Shown: piece by piece, positions 1 through 13,175 of the stretch
How the letters are laid out: every line of letters begins with the position of its first letter
How positions within the stretch are numbered: position 1 is the first letter of the stretch
DNA from: Coniocarpon cinnabarinum
Taxonomy: Eukaryota
Direction: 5' to 3'
DNA: 53,232 nt
Assembly (NCBI GenBank): GCA_051942205.1
Contig: JAVECO010000163.1
Coordinates: 1-53,232, forward strand
Program-made: the position numbers and the translations under genes
The notes under the pieces: generated by a model
The model's input: the letters and a program-made list of their open reading frames with translations, nothing else
Told to the model about the DNA's origin: nothing
The model's database searches: none

Positions 1-237
1 GTAGTAACAAGCGCCCCAAGAGCCAAGCCGGTCGCGATACACTTGACCTCTTTTTGCCGCCCGTCCAACTCTGTTTTGCGCCCCGAACGTCAACAACACA
101 AAAACTTTGACGCCTTACCGACGGAGCCTGGGGCCCTTGCCTCATCATCGACTTCCTCCTCCTCACCCACTTACTCACTCACGCCTCCTCCTCCTCCTCC
201 ACCACCGTACGAGCCTCCACCTCCTTACACCCAGTAA
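1..237 (+). CDS. Possible 3' end of a gene running in from the left edge; Ser/Pro-rich C-terminus with two PPxY motifs
   Basis: Frame 1 is open from base 1 to TAA at 235-237 and ends ...SSSPTYSLTPPPPPPPPYEPPPPYTQ. Much of it is a (CCT)n microsatellite, so coding status is uncertain. Confidence 0.35.
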   Translation, partial: VVTSAPRAKPVAIHLTSFCRPSNSVLRPERQQHKNFDALPTEPGALASSSTSSSSPTYSLTPPPPPPPPYEPPPPYTQ

Positions 238-384
238 GGAGGTGGAGCAGGGCTTTAGGCCCTTAATAAAAATTAATGACAACGGCCTACGGGCGCTCGC
301 TCCTCTCTCCGAATTCTTCGTCTTCTTTACGTCTTTGCAACGCGCACGTTGTAGCTTCCTCTTGCTGTGTGATCGGTTTGTGTG

Positions 385-960
385 AAATGGGCTTTCTACG
401 CCATGATCGCCTTGCTCGTAAGCAGTAACTTGCATGACATGCCAGCGACCCTCTAAAGAACTAAATCCGGCTTTACTTACCCTTGCTAAGGCATGACCGC
501 CATTGTTGATTCTTTGTACTACTACCTGTGCTTTGGATTGGTTTTCTGGACCGATATCGGGAGCAGCAGCTTGCGTAACATACAAATGATCTCTTGGAGA
601 ACAGAATCAGGCTTTGCTTCCGCTCGCTCTGATCTTTTCCGCATCATTGGGTGTTATATACCACTGTATTCGTGTTCTGAATTGGATCGAAGACCGAAAG
701 CGCAAACAGCACTTCGCGTAACACACCAGGGACACATTGGAGCATTGAGCAAGACTTTGCCTCCGCCCGTTGAAGTGTTCTCTGCATCATTGATTCATAT
801 GTACTACTATATATCTCATGGGCTTGAATGGCATCATCGCCATGGTTGAGAGCAGTAACTTGCGCCTCACACCAGTAACACTCTTGAGAATCGAGCAAGA
901 CTTCGCTTCCACTCGCTGTGGCGTTGTCATAACTATAATTTCTCGCTTACTACTGTTCAG
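385..960. repeat. Degenerate tandem repeat, about 4 copies, period 141-146 bp
   Basis: Anchor AGCAGTAACTTGC-like motif at 421, 562, 705 and 851. Each is followed by a CTTTGCTTCC-like motif (471, 612, 755, 901) and a TACTAC-like motif. Confidence 0.8.
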
Positions 961-1620
961 TTGACGCCGAAAATAATAGAGTCTCGAGCCAGAGCTGAGA
1001 TGTACAACGCCCAAGCTGGCAACCAATGTGACACTAACCAACGATACCGGCAGTCTTTCCTCTCTGATCTTTCCGTCTTCTTCTCAATAGTATAAGAGCA
1101 TCGCATGTGCAGCTTCTGATTGTGCGGAAGTGATATCAAAACTGGTATTTACCTGGTCAGATCGAGCACCAACGAGGTCTGTGAAGCTCTGGGCACCCTC
1201 AGCACCACCCTCACAGGTCTTATTGCCATTCTTGCTTGCAACACACTCTCAGTTGCAATGTTCCAATCATTTCCGATGCTTCTTAGGATTCTGAAGTGCT
1301 TCTTGAGCTATCTTGCAGGTTTGGAGGGGGTGGTCTTTGCCAAAGTATGTGGATTTTGTTTGGGACCATTTGAACGGACGCTTGAGTCACGCAATCGATG
1401 CATATCTTGAGCTTTTTAGGAGTATTTCGATGCATAATCTTTATGGGGGGCTTGGAAGGCTTTGAAGCTCATTTTATCGTAGTTTTCGCGTGATTTTGGC
1501 TTAGTTTGATAAACCCAGTGGGCTTGATTACAATTCAATGCTTGTCAGACGACTTCAAAAACCAGAATGCAAACAGACAAAGGACAGAAACAAGGCCAGA
1601 AAATCACGCAGAGAGTGAGA

Positions 1621-2054
1621 ATGAGCGCCAAACCCCTCGCATACCAACGGTAAAGCCCTTAGTACCCGCCCTACGCGTCACAGCAGGCCCACTTATCACC
1701 TCCACCACAACCCAAAATGAAAGAACACGCACCGCATCTTTTGCAACCTCCCCAAGAAGACACTGATACCCCAGCGACTCCACAACCAGCACAAGCACCA
1801 TCACGATGACAGCAAGTGAAAAAATCCTCCCGATTAAGCCCGCGAACAAGGGCAAAGCTGAGGCCCTGGGCCTCCCCAAGCATGGGTTCTCGCTGTGGCA
1901 CAAGTGGTGGACCAGAATCAAGGAGATGTTTTGGCGCTGGAAATTCAAGGATGAGGATATGGTCATGCAGAGGACGGTGGAGGTGACGGTGCAGGAGGAG
2001 CCGGGGATAGTCGCGAGGCGCAAGGATGAGCTCAAGAAGCAATGGACGTGTTGA
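1621..2054 (+). CDS. Small orphan protein (~102 aa), tentative two-exon model 1621-1649 + 1775-2054
   Basis: ATG at 1621, donor GTAAAG at 1650, branch CTGAT and CAG acceptor at 1774. Phases join in frame (CG|C) to the 1806-2054 ORF, giving MSAKPLAYQRDSTTST...KKQWTC. No family recognised. Confidence 0.35.
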
Positions 2055-2395
2055 CATGGTCGATAATCACTTGTATGGTATTTCTTCGCTCTTCTACTAG
2101 CATAGAGCTACTACGTCTTATACTATGGGCATTGCTAACGTTTTGAGGGAAACAGGAACGGAATCCCGATTTGCCACCCCTCAAAGTCGTTCCAAGTCCA
2201 AAATCCTAGCTCCCCATCGCTCCTCAATAGCACAACGTCTACAATTTGGCCATAGCAGCTCTCAAAAGTCATATACGTGTAATTTGAAGGCATAACAGCG
2301 GTTTGCTCTTTATCTTGAAGAATTACGATGAAAAAAAAGACGCAAAATCTGCTGCAAAATCTGAGGATTTGCGTTGTGTTCTCTATCCTACATGC

Positions 2396-5300
2396 TCAGA
2401 TGCGCATCTCCTCGATCGCGCTCTTGTGCCATTCTATGAGGAGCTTCAAAATATCATGGTGGATGAAGGGATTGACGTAGAGCTGCCAAAACTCAATGGT
2501 CTTGTCCACGACCATTTTCAGGCCCACATAGGCCTGGTTAGCCTGATGTAGGTCCTTGTGTATCTCAACATGACGGACGATGGAGTCTACATGACGTTAG
2601 TCATGGTCAGAGCAGATGCTGTGGGGAACTTACCTAGCGTTTGGGCGTGATTGCAGATGTTGAGAACAGCACCAGCATATGATTCATTTGGCCCCAAAGT
2701 ACAGACCTTTGTGAGCGGCTTGATTGTCCAGTGGGCCCCAGCGATGTTCCCAAGGTCCTCATGAAGCGCGTCTGTCTTTGCCACGGGGACAGACTTCATC
2801 GTAAATTCGAGGTTGGCCCCTTCGCCAACATGCTGGTGACCCATGTGAGACGAGGAGTTTTTGTTCCGAAGCCTCTTGAAAGTTCTGTTGATTCCACCTT
2901 TGGCAGTGGAACGGCCACTTGGCGCAAGAGTGGGCTTGTGAGCATTCTCGGAGGCTGCCTCGGCCTCAGCAAAGGCAGCTGACGACACGACCATTGGTGC
3001 AGATCGTTCGAGGTCTTTTTGTGCGCCTTCTGAGACCTCCCCCGCTATCTTCTTCTGCAAGACGCCCTGTACTTGGTCGATAGCAAGCTCTAACGACTGC
3101 ATTCCATTGAGAAGTCGCGCTGAATCGTTCATATTTATGCCCTTCAGATTTAGTAGAGGTGCGGCAAGCATATCCAAGCAAGAGATCTTTTCTGAGACGG
3201 CTTTCAGTTTTGAGGTCCTGACAGCCCAAGCGCCGGACTGCACCATCAAAGTCTCTGTGAGCTGCCCTCCAAGCGGATGGGACAATGTTTCGAGATAGAG
3301 GCGCATGAGCCACCATGGCTTCATGGCTTCAGAGACGGGCCTCGGCTCGAATTTCTTTGGAACCATAGGGTTCTTTGAAGATCCATCTCCAGAGACACCC
3401 TCCTTGGCAAAATTATCGCGATTCATGTTCTTAAGATGCAGCGGCAAATCAGCATTTGCGCGTGACTCGGTCAGAATTTGGGCTTTGCGCCTGGACGCCC
3501 GGGTAGAAGCTGAGGCAGATGCTTGAAACTTCTCTCGAGCCGACATGATACGATTTTCAGCAGCTTCATTGCCCATCATGGGGGCTTGCGACATGGGAAA
3601 TGAGCTAGATGCAGCTGGTATAGCCGTAGCATGCCCAATTGCTTCTGGGCGGCGCGAAGGTGGGACAAGTTGTCGGCTGAAGCTCCTTGCCGACGGGTTG
3701 TCTGTCATTCTGCTTCGCTCGGAGATATCGAACCTCAGCTGAGGAGACGTCAGACGAGACTCGTGGCCAAGACTCCCTGGTGGAGAGAACGTGGCGGTGT
3801 TGGGCGTGAGGGTGTTTGAGATGCGTTCGTCTGGAGGACGAGCTGAGGCCGGGACTCCGCCAAACCCGCTCGTAGAGCGTGTGGGACGTGAAGCATGATC
3901 CATAGCAGCTGTTGAGTGCGAGGTAGCTACAGGCTTGCGCACAATTTCAGAGCCTGACAGACCTGCTGAAAGAGGCACTGCAGCAGTAGCAGAGGCATCT
4001 GAAGGAGTTTGGCCAGGCGCAGAAGGCCCAGGACGAGTGTTGATGGTTAACTTCTCCGCCTGCTCGCGAGGCAGGCGCCGATTGCGCAATGTTGGACTCT
4101 CCGCGGGCGGAGGACTTGGTGCTTTCATGGGCGGAGGCGGGCCGATCAGAAATTCTTCGGACGTGTGAGTGTCCTCATCCAAGGCAGTTGCTGGATCAAG
4201 TTCTCGGACGTTACCTGATGGCACACGCTGGGGCAGTTCCTCTTCAGTCTCCACAAGATCTGGGGTTTCATGGTTCGAATAATTAAGCACGTTGTCAACT
4301 GGATCGTCGACATCCTCCTCATCAGAAGTTTGAAGGGAGTTGGTCGAGTTATGGTCCTCAGCTTCGTAAAATGGACGATTCAACGCTAGGTCGGAATTGT
4401 AAGCAAAATCAATTGCCTCGTCAAGCACTGCTGAGAGATGCAAATCCGCTTGATCATTTGGGGCATTGTAATTACCCGAATACATTGAGCGTTCGTCGTC
4501 TGATGGCAGTTGTTCTGGTTCTGCGGTATCGTGATATTCGCTGGCATTCGTTGGGGAAAACAAGAGAGGCTCTTCCTCTGCCTCAGGCCCAATTTTGGGA
4601 CGACTGAGAGACTGACCCATTCCGGGCGATTTTGAGGGGGGAAGAACGTTGGGAGTCTCAGAAGGAATGTGTGATCGTGTGGGAGAAAGTGGCTTTGGAA
4701 GGGCACTTTGCCTGACACTCAGAAAATTTGACCCCGCGCTCGGACCTCCCGTCACTTCACGGGCAACGGATCCAATCACGTGTTGCCCATCTGAAGCGTC
4801 CACCTTGCCTCGCGTCTCAGCAGAGCGTAGTCCGGACGACGCGCTTTTCAGAACTCCCGAACTAGGCCTTCTGTCGTGGTGAGGTTGGTCGAGACCGTCT
4901 CCAGTGCGCGTTTGATGCGTGAAACTGTCGGCGTTTAAGGCGGTGTCTGAGCCATCGTCATCTTCGATGGCATACTCGCTCCCTGAAGCTTGCTGGACCG
5001 ACGCTGGAACGGAAACTTCGTCATCGAGCTCAATCCGGGCTCCAGTAAGGTCCATCAACTCGTCGACACGATTCAAGTAAGTCCGGCGGATATCGGTCAG
5101 TTTCTTCCGATCGTATTCAGCAGTCGTATACGACATGACATGGTCTAACAAGTCACAGGCTTCCTCATAGAAGACGATTGCTTCATGATAGTCCTGACCA
5201 TGATCAAGTTTGACAGCGTCGTTGGCCCTCCGCAGAGCGGTCGTTAGCATTGATCGCTTCTTACTTCCACTACCAGCTCCATCTTTACCATGCTGGCTGG

Positions 5301-6165
5301 GAACACTAGACTTCTCGCTTGATGGTCCAGTACTGAGTTCATCGTCGTGCTCGGTAGACTCGTTGCGAGGGTTAAAAGCTTTTTCACGGCCACTGTCACG
5401 GATGTTTCGACCTCTTGATTCCTTTTCATTATTCGAGAACCCAGGACTCTGAGGCATAGGAGTGGTTGCCCCGCTGCCTTCTTGGATGTCAGAAAGGTAT
5501 GTCCCAGCTTTAGCAATCGGCTGCTTCAATAGCTTGGAAGGCGAGTGCATCTGAGACTTTCGGTGATACATGCCATCGTCAAGGTCAAGCGGTGTCTCTT
5601 CCACAGCGGCTGGGGGGCGTGGAGGCAAAGGCTTGTCGAAGTTGTGGTCGTCCTTTGTCAAGTTGAAAGAAAGATTGGGCATTTCAAGTGGTGAGAAACG
5701 GTGCAAGGACGGTAAAGAAGTGGGTGATGATACTTCAGACGCTGGTGTCTCACGTTGTGCATCTGATGAGCGGCGGCGCTTCGTTGGTGACATGGCACGA
5801 AATCCACCTGAAGGAAGTGTTGGCGCGTTGAAAGAGAAACGACGAGAAAAGCTGCTTTTCTGACGATGATGGGCTGACATGCCTGAGCCAGTCGATGATG
5901 ACCAGCGATTCAGCTTTTCGTCTTCGTGCTCCACGGTGGTACTGAGCGCCGATTCTTCAACAGGCCTGACAGCTACCGAGCTCTTCTGCTTCTCAACATG
6001 TATGCCTCCTGGCTTAGCATTTCGCGACAGTGGCTTTGCACCAGCGGTAGACCTGGCAGATTCAGGGGGTTTCCTATACCCAGTGATCTGAGGGGTCGAA
6101 AGTTCCTCCACACTTGAAGAAAGACGGCGCCGACGCCGATCCGAAGGGTAATTCACATGAGACAT
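2396..6165 (-). CDS. MIT (microtubule interacting and trafficking) domain protein, ~1240 aa; exons 6165-2634, 2586-2396
   Basis: Long ORF with the MIT-like segment MLTTALRRANDAVKLDHGQDYHEAIVFYEEACDLL and a fungal C-terminal region (PWWLMR..LSHPLGG..T..L). The 47-nt intron 2633-2587 (GTAAGT..CTAAC..TAG) joins to DSIVRH...EEMRI*. The first in-frame ATG is at 6165. Confidence 0.8.
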
Positions 6166-7974
6166 GACGAGAGCACCACAAGCATGAATATCGATCCGGT
6201 GCTCGGTCTTGACACTCGCAGTACGCCTTCTAGAGCGCTCGAGAGATGCTGTGTCCGGTCCGCGCTCCTCCTCAACGGGGCACAAAGTCTGAGTTCGAAA
6301 GCTGGCTATGGGCGCATGACACTGACGAAAATTGCTGCACTAGGTGGATCAAACCTCGACGAAGAGAACGGCTCGACTCTAATAGACCCAGTTGACCATG
6401 CTATCCGCGTCCCGAAGACCGCGGATGTCGGATGCGTATTGCGGCAAAGGCCGGTTTTCGGAACGAGATCTGGACGCTCTTTGACGAGGTCGCTGCAAGG
6501 TATGATGTAGTGCAAGGGCGGCACCGTCTCGTCTTGCGCCTTCAATTGGCACACTCTGTCCCAGTGGCTGATGTCTGAGCCTGGACAGCCCCACAGCTGC
6601 TGTAGAGATGGTGGGACGACAAACGAACAGCTGTGCACACCAAACGGGGGTGCTGTTGCCGGTCCGATGATGTATGATCTCTTCCACTGCAGAACGTTCG
6701 CAACAGCCCACGAGAGCCCCACAGGCACTGTGCGAATGTGAAAAGCTAACGACGATCAAACGCTGGACGCTGTTGATGCGAGGTTGCGCAGCTCGCTCGT
6801 GGCCAAGGTCAAGCTTGTCGAAACAACGCAGGCCCAAAGACTGGTGAGGAACGATCGCTCACGGATACTTTCTGCAGGTCTCTGGCGCCGAATGTAAGGA
6901 TGGAGGCTCGCAATGACTACTGAGAGGAACGATCTCAACGTCGCGGGGTTGCGAATGGGGTGGGGTGATCGTTGGAGACGACGCTAATGGGTGACAGGGC
7001 GCCGATGAGGTCGACGACGAAGAGACCACGGGTGATATGAGCGTGGTGCCGTGGTGGGTAGAAGGGAGGCTTGGAGGAAGAGCAGACAGACGGTCACCGC
7101 TGCATGGCATAGACCGCCAGAACCGACCAGACGATTTTCCGCCAGGAACGGGCAGGGTATCTGATACCTTGCTGCTCGCATGAGTTGGACGCCTGGACCA
7201 GCAGGAGGCTGACCAATGGGCCGGGAGTCCCAAGCAGGGCTAGCGGCAAGGGCGGAGTCGAGCCGCAAGACGCCACGTGACATGACAGCCGGTGCCGCCA
7301 TCAAACGTGACACCCTGCAGTACCGCGACCCGGCTTCTAGCTACGCCTCAATTCCACGTCTCTCGCTTCTTGGCCTCCAGTGCTCTGAACTACATCTCGC
7401 GGACCTGTCTTCAGGGCACGCTACAGCTCACACTTGCAGTCGGTGATACCAGCAGATCAGTTTCGAAGTGCAGCGGCAACAAGCTTCGGTTTACCTGTCC
7501 GGTGCTGAGAAGGAGAGAGACCACGAACAGATTCTGGTGACAGACGCTACCCCTGACCGTTGGTTGTAAATACAGGAAGATAGGCGACCCAAAAGCTTAA
7601 ACCCCCTTACACCTTTAACGCCAGTGAGACACTTCATGATAGCTTCGCGAGACGTTCTATACTCTTCTCATCAGTGAGAAGGACCACAAGCACTGGCCAT
7701 GATGTACTGCTCCTTTACATGTGAAAGCGCAGAAACTGGAGACAGCGTGCCCGCGCCAGAAGATTATATGTTCATCTAGACTCATTGGATCACTGTCAGC
7801 TCTAATGCCAGCACAAGTATGCCTTGGCTCTTCATATTAGCTACGCAAGGCCAAACGCCGCCCATGCTTTTGGTCATAGCTTCGTTTTGTGCGTGTACGC
7901 TACCGTTCTGCTCCAGTCGTGACCATCGGCGACAGAGCAGCCGGTCCTACTTGATCCCACGGGTTTACTTTCCT

Positions 7975-9545
7975 TCACGGAGCGTCCGCCATTAACTCCT
8001 CGTCCTCATCCGAGCCCATGGCGCCAGGTGCAATGTCCATAGTCCCGTCGTCGTCCTCTGCCGCACTGGACTGTTGTGCTTTACTGCGGCGCGCTTTGCG
8101 GACGTGGTCCAAGTATGCCCTACTCATGCTCAATTGTTGATCTGCGTCGTTGACTGCGTCGGCGAGCTTTTTCAGGCGCAAAGTCCGCTCTATAAGCTGA
8201 TCCCGAAGACTGCCTTCTGTCTCCGCGACTGTCTTGTCGTAAGATAGTTGTACAAAGCGTAGAACCTCGAGGCCAGAGGGAGTTTGCTCAAGTCGTGCAT
8301 CGATGGCGCCCTCTGCCACCAGACGTGCCAGGTAAGACTGTACATGAGACTGCGGAATCGACAGACGTTCAGAGACTGTTTGGAGCGGTACTGCGGCGAA
8401 TATGGAGCCAAGCTTGGTGACTGACCGACGCTTGTGGTCTGCCAACACACGCTGAACGAGACCGGCGTTTCCGTCCCTCTTCCAAATCTCGTCTCCTTCA
8501 ATCACTTCGGCTAAGAGTTTAGCGCCATTCTCCTTCACGTAGGCATCCCTTAGGGCTTCGTATGGTTTTGATGTGCTACGAATATGTTTCATGACGCTTT
8601 GAGGAACAGTCCGTGGCTGGCCAGGCGAGCTCCCATGTTGAATCAGATTGAGCAAAATCCACTTGTCATATGCTTCCACCATCAAGCCGTTTGCCACGCC
8701 TGACACGGGTGTTGTCAAGACATGCTCGAGAAGGAAAATGGCCCTTCGCCAATTTCGTGCACCAATGTACGCCAGGCTGCCCAGAATAAAGTACTCTTGA
8801 ATGTTTTCAAGGCCTAGTTGATCCGAGAAACCACCTTCGATCGAGATGAAGACCGCGGATGGACAGTCTTCATCTGACCAGTGAAAGCCTTCGATATGAA
8901 CACCTGCTTTTGTCGGTATGTTCGAAATTTCTTTGTCCAAAAGAGGAAGAACGTCACGTGTGCATTGACGTGCGCTCGCTAGATGAAGTAAATCGCAATG
9001 TAGCGAAGTGAGCACGCTTCCACTTGGGTCGAGATGTAACAACGCGTCTGTTACATGCGAAAAAGCTAGCGATTGCTGTGCTCCCATGTCAGTAGCCCAG
9101 TGGAAAACCCGGATGTCACCAATATTTGGCTTACGTTTCCCTCTGAATACGCGTCCTCTGCAGATTTCATTAAAATTTCGACAAGATAACGCCACATTCG
9201 TCCACACTGTCTGATCTCAATCCAATGGCATTGCTTCAAAAAGGCCGTGATACAATTCCACGTCGTCGCTCCGGTTTTGAGCTCCTGCGGCCAGTACTTT
9301 GCTCCTTGTAATAAGCGTCGAACGTGCTCATGAAGTAGGTAAAGATACGGTATGGTATCAAGATACACGTCTAGAGATTCCAGAGCGCCATCTTGAACAA
9401 GTTCCGCGAGACGATCAGACTTCAGCAGATTGAGTTCATGCTTAATGTTGCTGAGACAATCCTGATATGATTTACCGCCATTCTGTCGTAAATGAGGGCT
9501 TGCTCTCAGCCGCTGCACCGCTTCGACGTTGTCCAGCGGTGGCAT
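7975..9545 (-). CDS. CSN3: COP9 signalosome subunit 3 (PCI domain), ~503 aa; exons 9545-9135, 9075-7975
   Basis: Motifs LDPSGSVLTSLH, YFILGSLAYIGARNW, VEAYDKWIL and GNAGLV, plus a winged-helix PCI end. The 59-nt phase-0 intron 9134-9076 (GTAAGC..CTGAC..CAG) joins the two ORFs. Confidence 0.85.
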
Positions 9546-9822
9546 CGTGTTTCGTGCTCGATGCAAAAGTCTCTTTTTGCAAGCGGAATCAAGGCTGTCC
9601 TCAAATGGTGAAATTTTCTTTCAGCTCATTTCGACATTAGTCACTAAATGAGCGACTTTTGCGTGTCACCTGAAGCCACATGGCTGCCTTTGCATGTAGC
9701 GCGGTACTTGTACTTCCTTGAGCATTGTGACACCCTGCCAAAGCCAACCTTCTCACTGACAATAGGCACAATCCTCCTTCGAGGCTGCGCTGCAGGGTCT
9801 ACTCGGGATGCAATGCCGCAAT

Positions 9823-11610
9823 ATGAACAACGCAGATTTTAGGAGCTTGCTCACCACCGACGTGACTGAATCCAGCGTGTCACGAGGAGCAGGAAGCCTT
9901 CACCACGGCCCAACATTGGCCTCGCGAGGGGGCTCGTCTAGCATCTTGAAACCTCGATCTATCAAAGGTCGCGCCTCACATACTTTCCCCTCACAGCTCA
10001 GCACAGAAGATAGGGATGGCCAGCCACCATCGAAGAGATTCAAGTCTTCCTCCGTCAAGGGCACCAAGCTTGCTAAGGGGTACCACGATCGCGCACAGGA
10101 GCGTTATGCAGCGGCCCAGGAGGAAGATCCGACAGCGAAACGCGTGAAGGCACTCGAGGAGCAGATGAAGCTTGGCAAGATCGAACGCATTACATTTGAA
10201 AAGCTTCGTAACGAGATCACTGGCGGAAATGTTGGCGCAACACATTTGGTTAAAGGGTTGGACTGGAAACTACTTGAACGAGTCCGCAAGGGCGAAAACG
10301 TGCTCGATGGCAACAGCGAAGCCAAGACTACTGATGATGCTGTCGGCGATGCAGATAGTGGTGATGCAGCAAACGAAGACGAGGCTTTCGATGATCTGGA
10401 GAAAGCAGAGGTCGCGCCAGTCAAACGTGACGCTGTGGCAAAGAAAGGACAACTGACTGTCCCGACGCCTGAGCAATCCACTACTGGTAACAAACGGTCT
10501 CGCAATGAACTTTTGGCTGAATTTCAGGCGAACAGAAAAACACAGGAGGAAGCACGCGCCGCTGCGAATAGAGAAGGATGGAAGATGGATTTGATGCCGG
10601 GGAGCTCAAGACTAGAACGAGATGCTAAAGGACGCGAGGTCTTGATTACGGTCAATGAGGATGGCACTATCAAACGCAAGGTCCGAAAAACGCCCGCGCC
10701 GCCCGCAACGCCTGTGGTCCAGCTTGATTCAGCACACGATCCGGACCTTGACAAGCCCCCTACCACCAGCCATGAAGCTTCTCCAAAATTGAAGAAATCA
10801 GGTCCGAGACGGCGAAACGAACCTCTGGGAGTCGATGCTACGTATACAGCTATCATAGATCGTGAGAATGCAGAAGCTGGAAATATTTCTTCACTTGATC
10901 AAGAATCTGATGACGATGACATTTTCGAGGGCGTTGGTGGCGACTATGATCCTCTCGCTGGACTAGAGGATGACGAGGCGTCATCTGATAATCAAGAACC
11001 CCAAGCCGAACCTTCCAAAGGACCCGGAGAGGCTAAACAGGTACCATCCCTAGTCGTCAATGAGTCGGGGGATAACGAAGACGCCGTTTTGACTCACCAG
11101 TCCAACGCTAAGAAGGCGCATGGTTCAACCGCATCGCACACGGAAAAGCCTGTGTCAAAACGCAATTACTTCTCAGTATCAGATCAAGACGCCAATGCCG
11201 ATGCGCAAGATTCCGACGCCAAGTACAGAAACCCCGAATTGTTGGCTGCGCTCAAGCGCGCATCCGAGATTTCCAAGCGCGAAGAGCTTGCGCAAGACGC
11301 CGCATCGTCCAAACCGCGTGAAGGGTCGAGCGCCGCTGAGCGACTTCTCAATCGACGAGATCGTGATTACGACGACATTGACTTTGGCTTTGGTGCTTCT
11401 CGAGGTGATGACGAGGATGATGCAGGAGTCAATCCTCGAGTGAAGCTGAGTGAGTGGAAAGGCATCCAAGCCAAACACAATGATGAAAGCAACGGGGTCG
11501 GCCGAGGGGGACAAAGTCAGAGGAAGAGAGGCAACAAAAAGAAGAAGGCTGACAAAGGTAATGCTGGAGATGTGTTGAGGGTTCTGGAGGGGGAAAAATC
11601 GCGATCGTAA
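9823..11610 (+). CDS. RED/IK-like spliceosomal protein (RED_N domain), 595 aa, intronless
   Basis: Starts MNNADFRSLL and contains GYHDRAQER and THLVKGLDWKLLERVRKG, characteristic of RED_N. Also has acidic DDDIFEGVGGDYDP and a basic C-terminus. Confidence 0.8.
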   Translation: MNNADFRSLLTTDVTESSVSRGAGSLHHGPTLASRGGSSSILKPRSIKGRASHTFPSQLSTEDRDGQPPSKRFKSSSVKGTKLAKGYHDRAQERYAAAQEEDPTAKRVKALEEQMKLGKIERITFEKLRNEITGGNVGATHLVKGLDWKLLERVRKGENVLDGNSEAKTTDDAVGDADSGDAANEDEAFDDLEKAEVAPVKRDAVAKKGQLTVPTPEQSTTGNKRSRNELLAEFQANRKTQEEARAAANREGWKMDLMPGSSRLERDAKGREVLITVNEDGTIKRKVRKTPAPPATPVVQLDSAHDPDLDKPPTTSHEASPKLKKSGPRRRNEPLGVDATYTAIIDRENAEAGNISSLDQESDDDDIFEGVGGDYDPLAGLEDDEASSDNQEPQAEPSKGPGEAKQVPSLVVNESGDNEDAVLTHQSNAKKAHGSTASHTEKPVSKRNYFSVSDQDANADAQDSDAKYRNPELLAALKRASEISKREELAQDAASSKPREGSSAAERLLNRRDRDYDDIDFGFGASRGDDEDDAGVNPRVKLSEWKGIQAKHNDESNGVGRGGQSQRKRGNKKKKADKGNAGDVLRVLEGEKSRS

Positions 11611-11852
11611 TGTTAGATTAAGAACTATCCTTAACGAGCCGGTCTCGGCATGGAGATGAGACGAACGACAATGAATGCATTGCGAGCTTGCATTCCATTC
11701 CAATTGCCAGTGGTTCCAAACAGCTTGAATCGCATACTGTCATATCGCACTCATGCCTTCAGATCATCGACATCACTCCGTGCATTCCCCAGATCCTGTC
11801 GTGAGCCGTAAATCCTGTATTACGACATCGAACAGTATACAATTCGGAGTCG

Positions 11853-12850
11853 TCAAGTTGGCATCACACCTCCTTTCTTCTTATTTTCTTGCCCTTGAGC
11901 CGTAGCCCTCTGACTCCGGCTGCCTCCTAGCTTGGGTCCCTTTCCCCTCTCGCCTGGCATACTCGGTGGTTGCCTCTGTCGCTTCTGCTCCTGCTCTTCC
12001 CAGTATTGCTGTTCAAACTCCTGTGCTAAGACTTCATCCATCCCTCTCTCCCTCACCCGCTCGCCAGAAGGCTTCGAGTAGTAATCGAGTGAAGCATCGG
12101 CAAGGACGGCCTCAAGGGCTTGATTACGCGCATTGTCTTCAGCTGATGGCTCAGAGGGCCTCCGCTTGGCTTTCCGCCGGTTGCGAGGATTATTCGAAAG
12201 TCCAGACTGTTTCCATCGGGTGGGAATGGATGATAGATTGACTTCTTCTATGGTGCTAGAAGCGCCTGGGTTGGCTTCTCCATGATCGTGGCGACGGCTC
12301 TGCCCCTGCGCATCGGCTTGGTTAGAAACATCGGTGGATGCACCGTTTAGCTCAGCCAAACGGCGGTCTATGAACATATCCCTTGCAAATTAGTCTATCT
12401 CCCGGTTTGCAGACAAATAAGCAGTGAGACTCACTCAGATGTGGACTGCAACTCGTTCATAGTACGGCCTGCCTGCTTCACGAAGCGCTTTGCCATACTT
12501 TTAGACGGAGCGTCTAGCTCGTCCTGTGCGAGAGGTACAAGCGCAGATGTCTCTGCAGTAGGAGAAGTGCTTCTAAAGCTGGATGTTGTAAGGCCAAGTT
12601 TGCGGCCTTTGTTGAGCTTGCGTTGCTTCAAGATCCTGCTCACACCCGACTGTTCATTTTGTCCTGACGCAGATGCAACAATCTCAGACGCTCTGCCTAA
12701 TGGTGCCTCCCTATCCAGGTCTGCGTCTTGGGTCATAATGTCGCTGGACTCTCCATTGCTTCTGTCATCCTTGCGACGGTATTCGACTCGGCGTCGTTTC
12801 CGTGTGCGGAAAGCTGGTAGTCGCTGACTCGTCTCATCCTCCTCGAGCAT
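11853..12850 (-). CDS. C9orf78/Tls1-like (Hep59 family) splicing-associated protein, ~314 aa; exons 12850-12435, 12381-11853
   Basis: FRTRKRRR N-terminus, then RFVKQAG...EDMFIDRRLAEL across the 53-nt intron 12434-12382 (GTGAGT..CTAAT..AAG). Also IEEVNL and the C-terminal KGPKLGGSRSQRA seen in fungal members. Confidence 0.65.
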
Positions 12851-13175
12851 TGCCTGCGCCGATTTTCGAGTCTCTTCACGAACGCTTGATTAGCAAATAG
12901 GGTGCCCTTCCAAGACGCTCGCCACACGCGCACATCGCGGAGTGTTTGATTGATAGGGCTGAAGCGGTCTTGGCACCGGTGAGAGCATCTCGACGCGAAG
13001 CGGCTTGACGCCTGCCAGCCTGTAGCTCTTCAATAGTCTATCTCGTCGCGCCTTTGCTGCTCTTCAGATTTTGATCAAGAAGCTCGTTGCCTGGCCCAAA
13101 TTTGTCATAGCTTCTTTGATTAACTGCTGCTCCTGCGATCTCTTCCCAACAGAGCATACTGGCAAAGCGACCTAG

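Noticed and set aside
6300..7600. ORFs upstream of the MIT gene
   Set aside because: Short, overlapping on both strands and without motifs; more likely promoter or UTR sequence.
12851..13175. Rpn4/PACE element upstream of PRE2 (and of RPN6)
   Set aside because: Only partial matches (TGGCAAA, TGGCGAAA); no full GGTGGCAAA.
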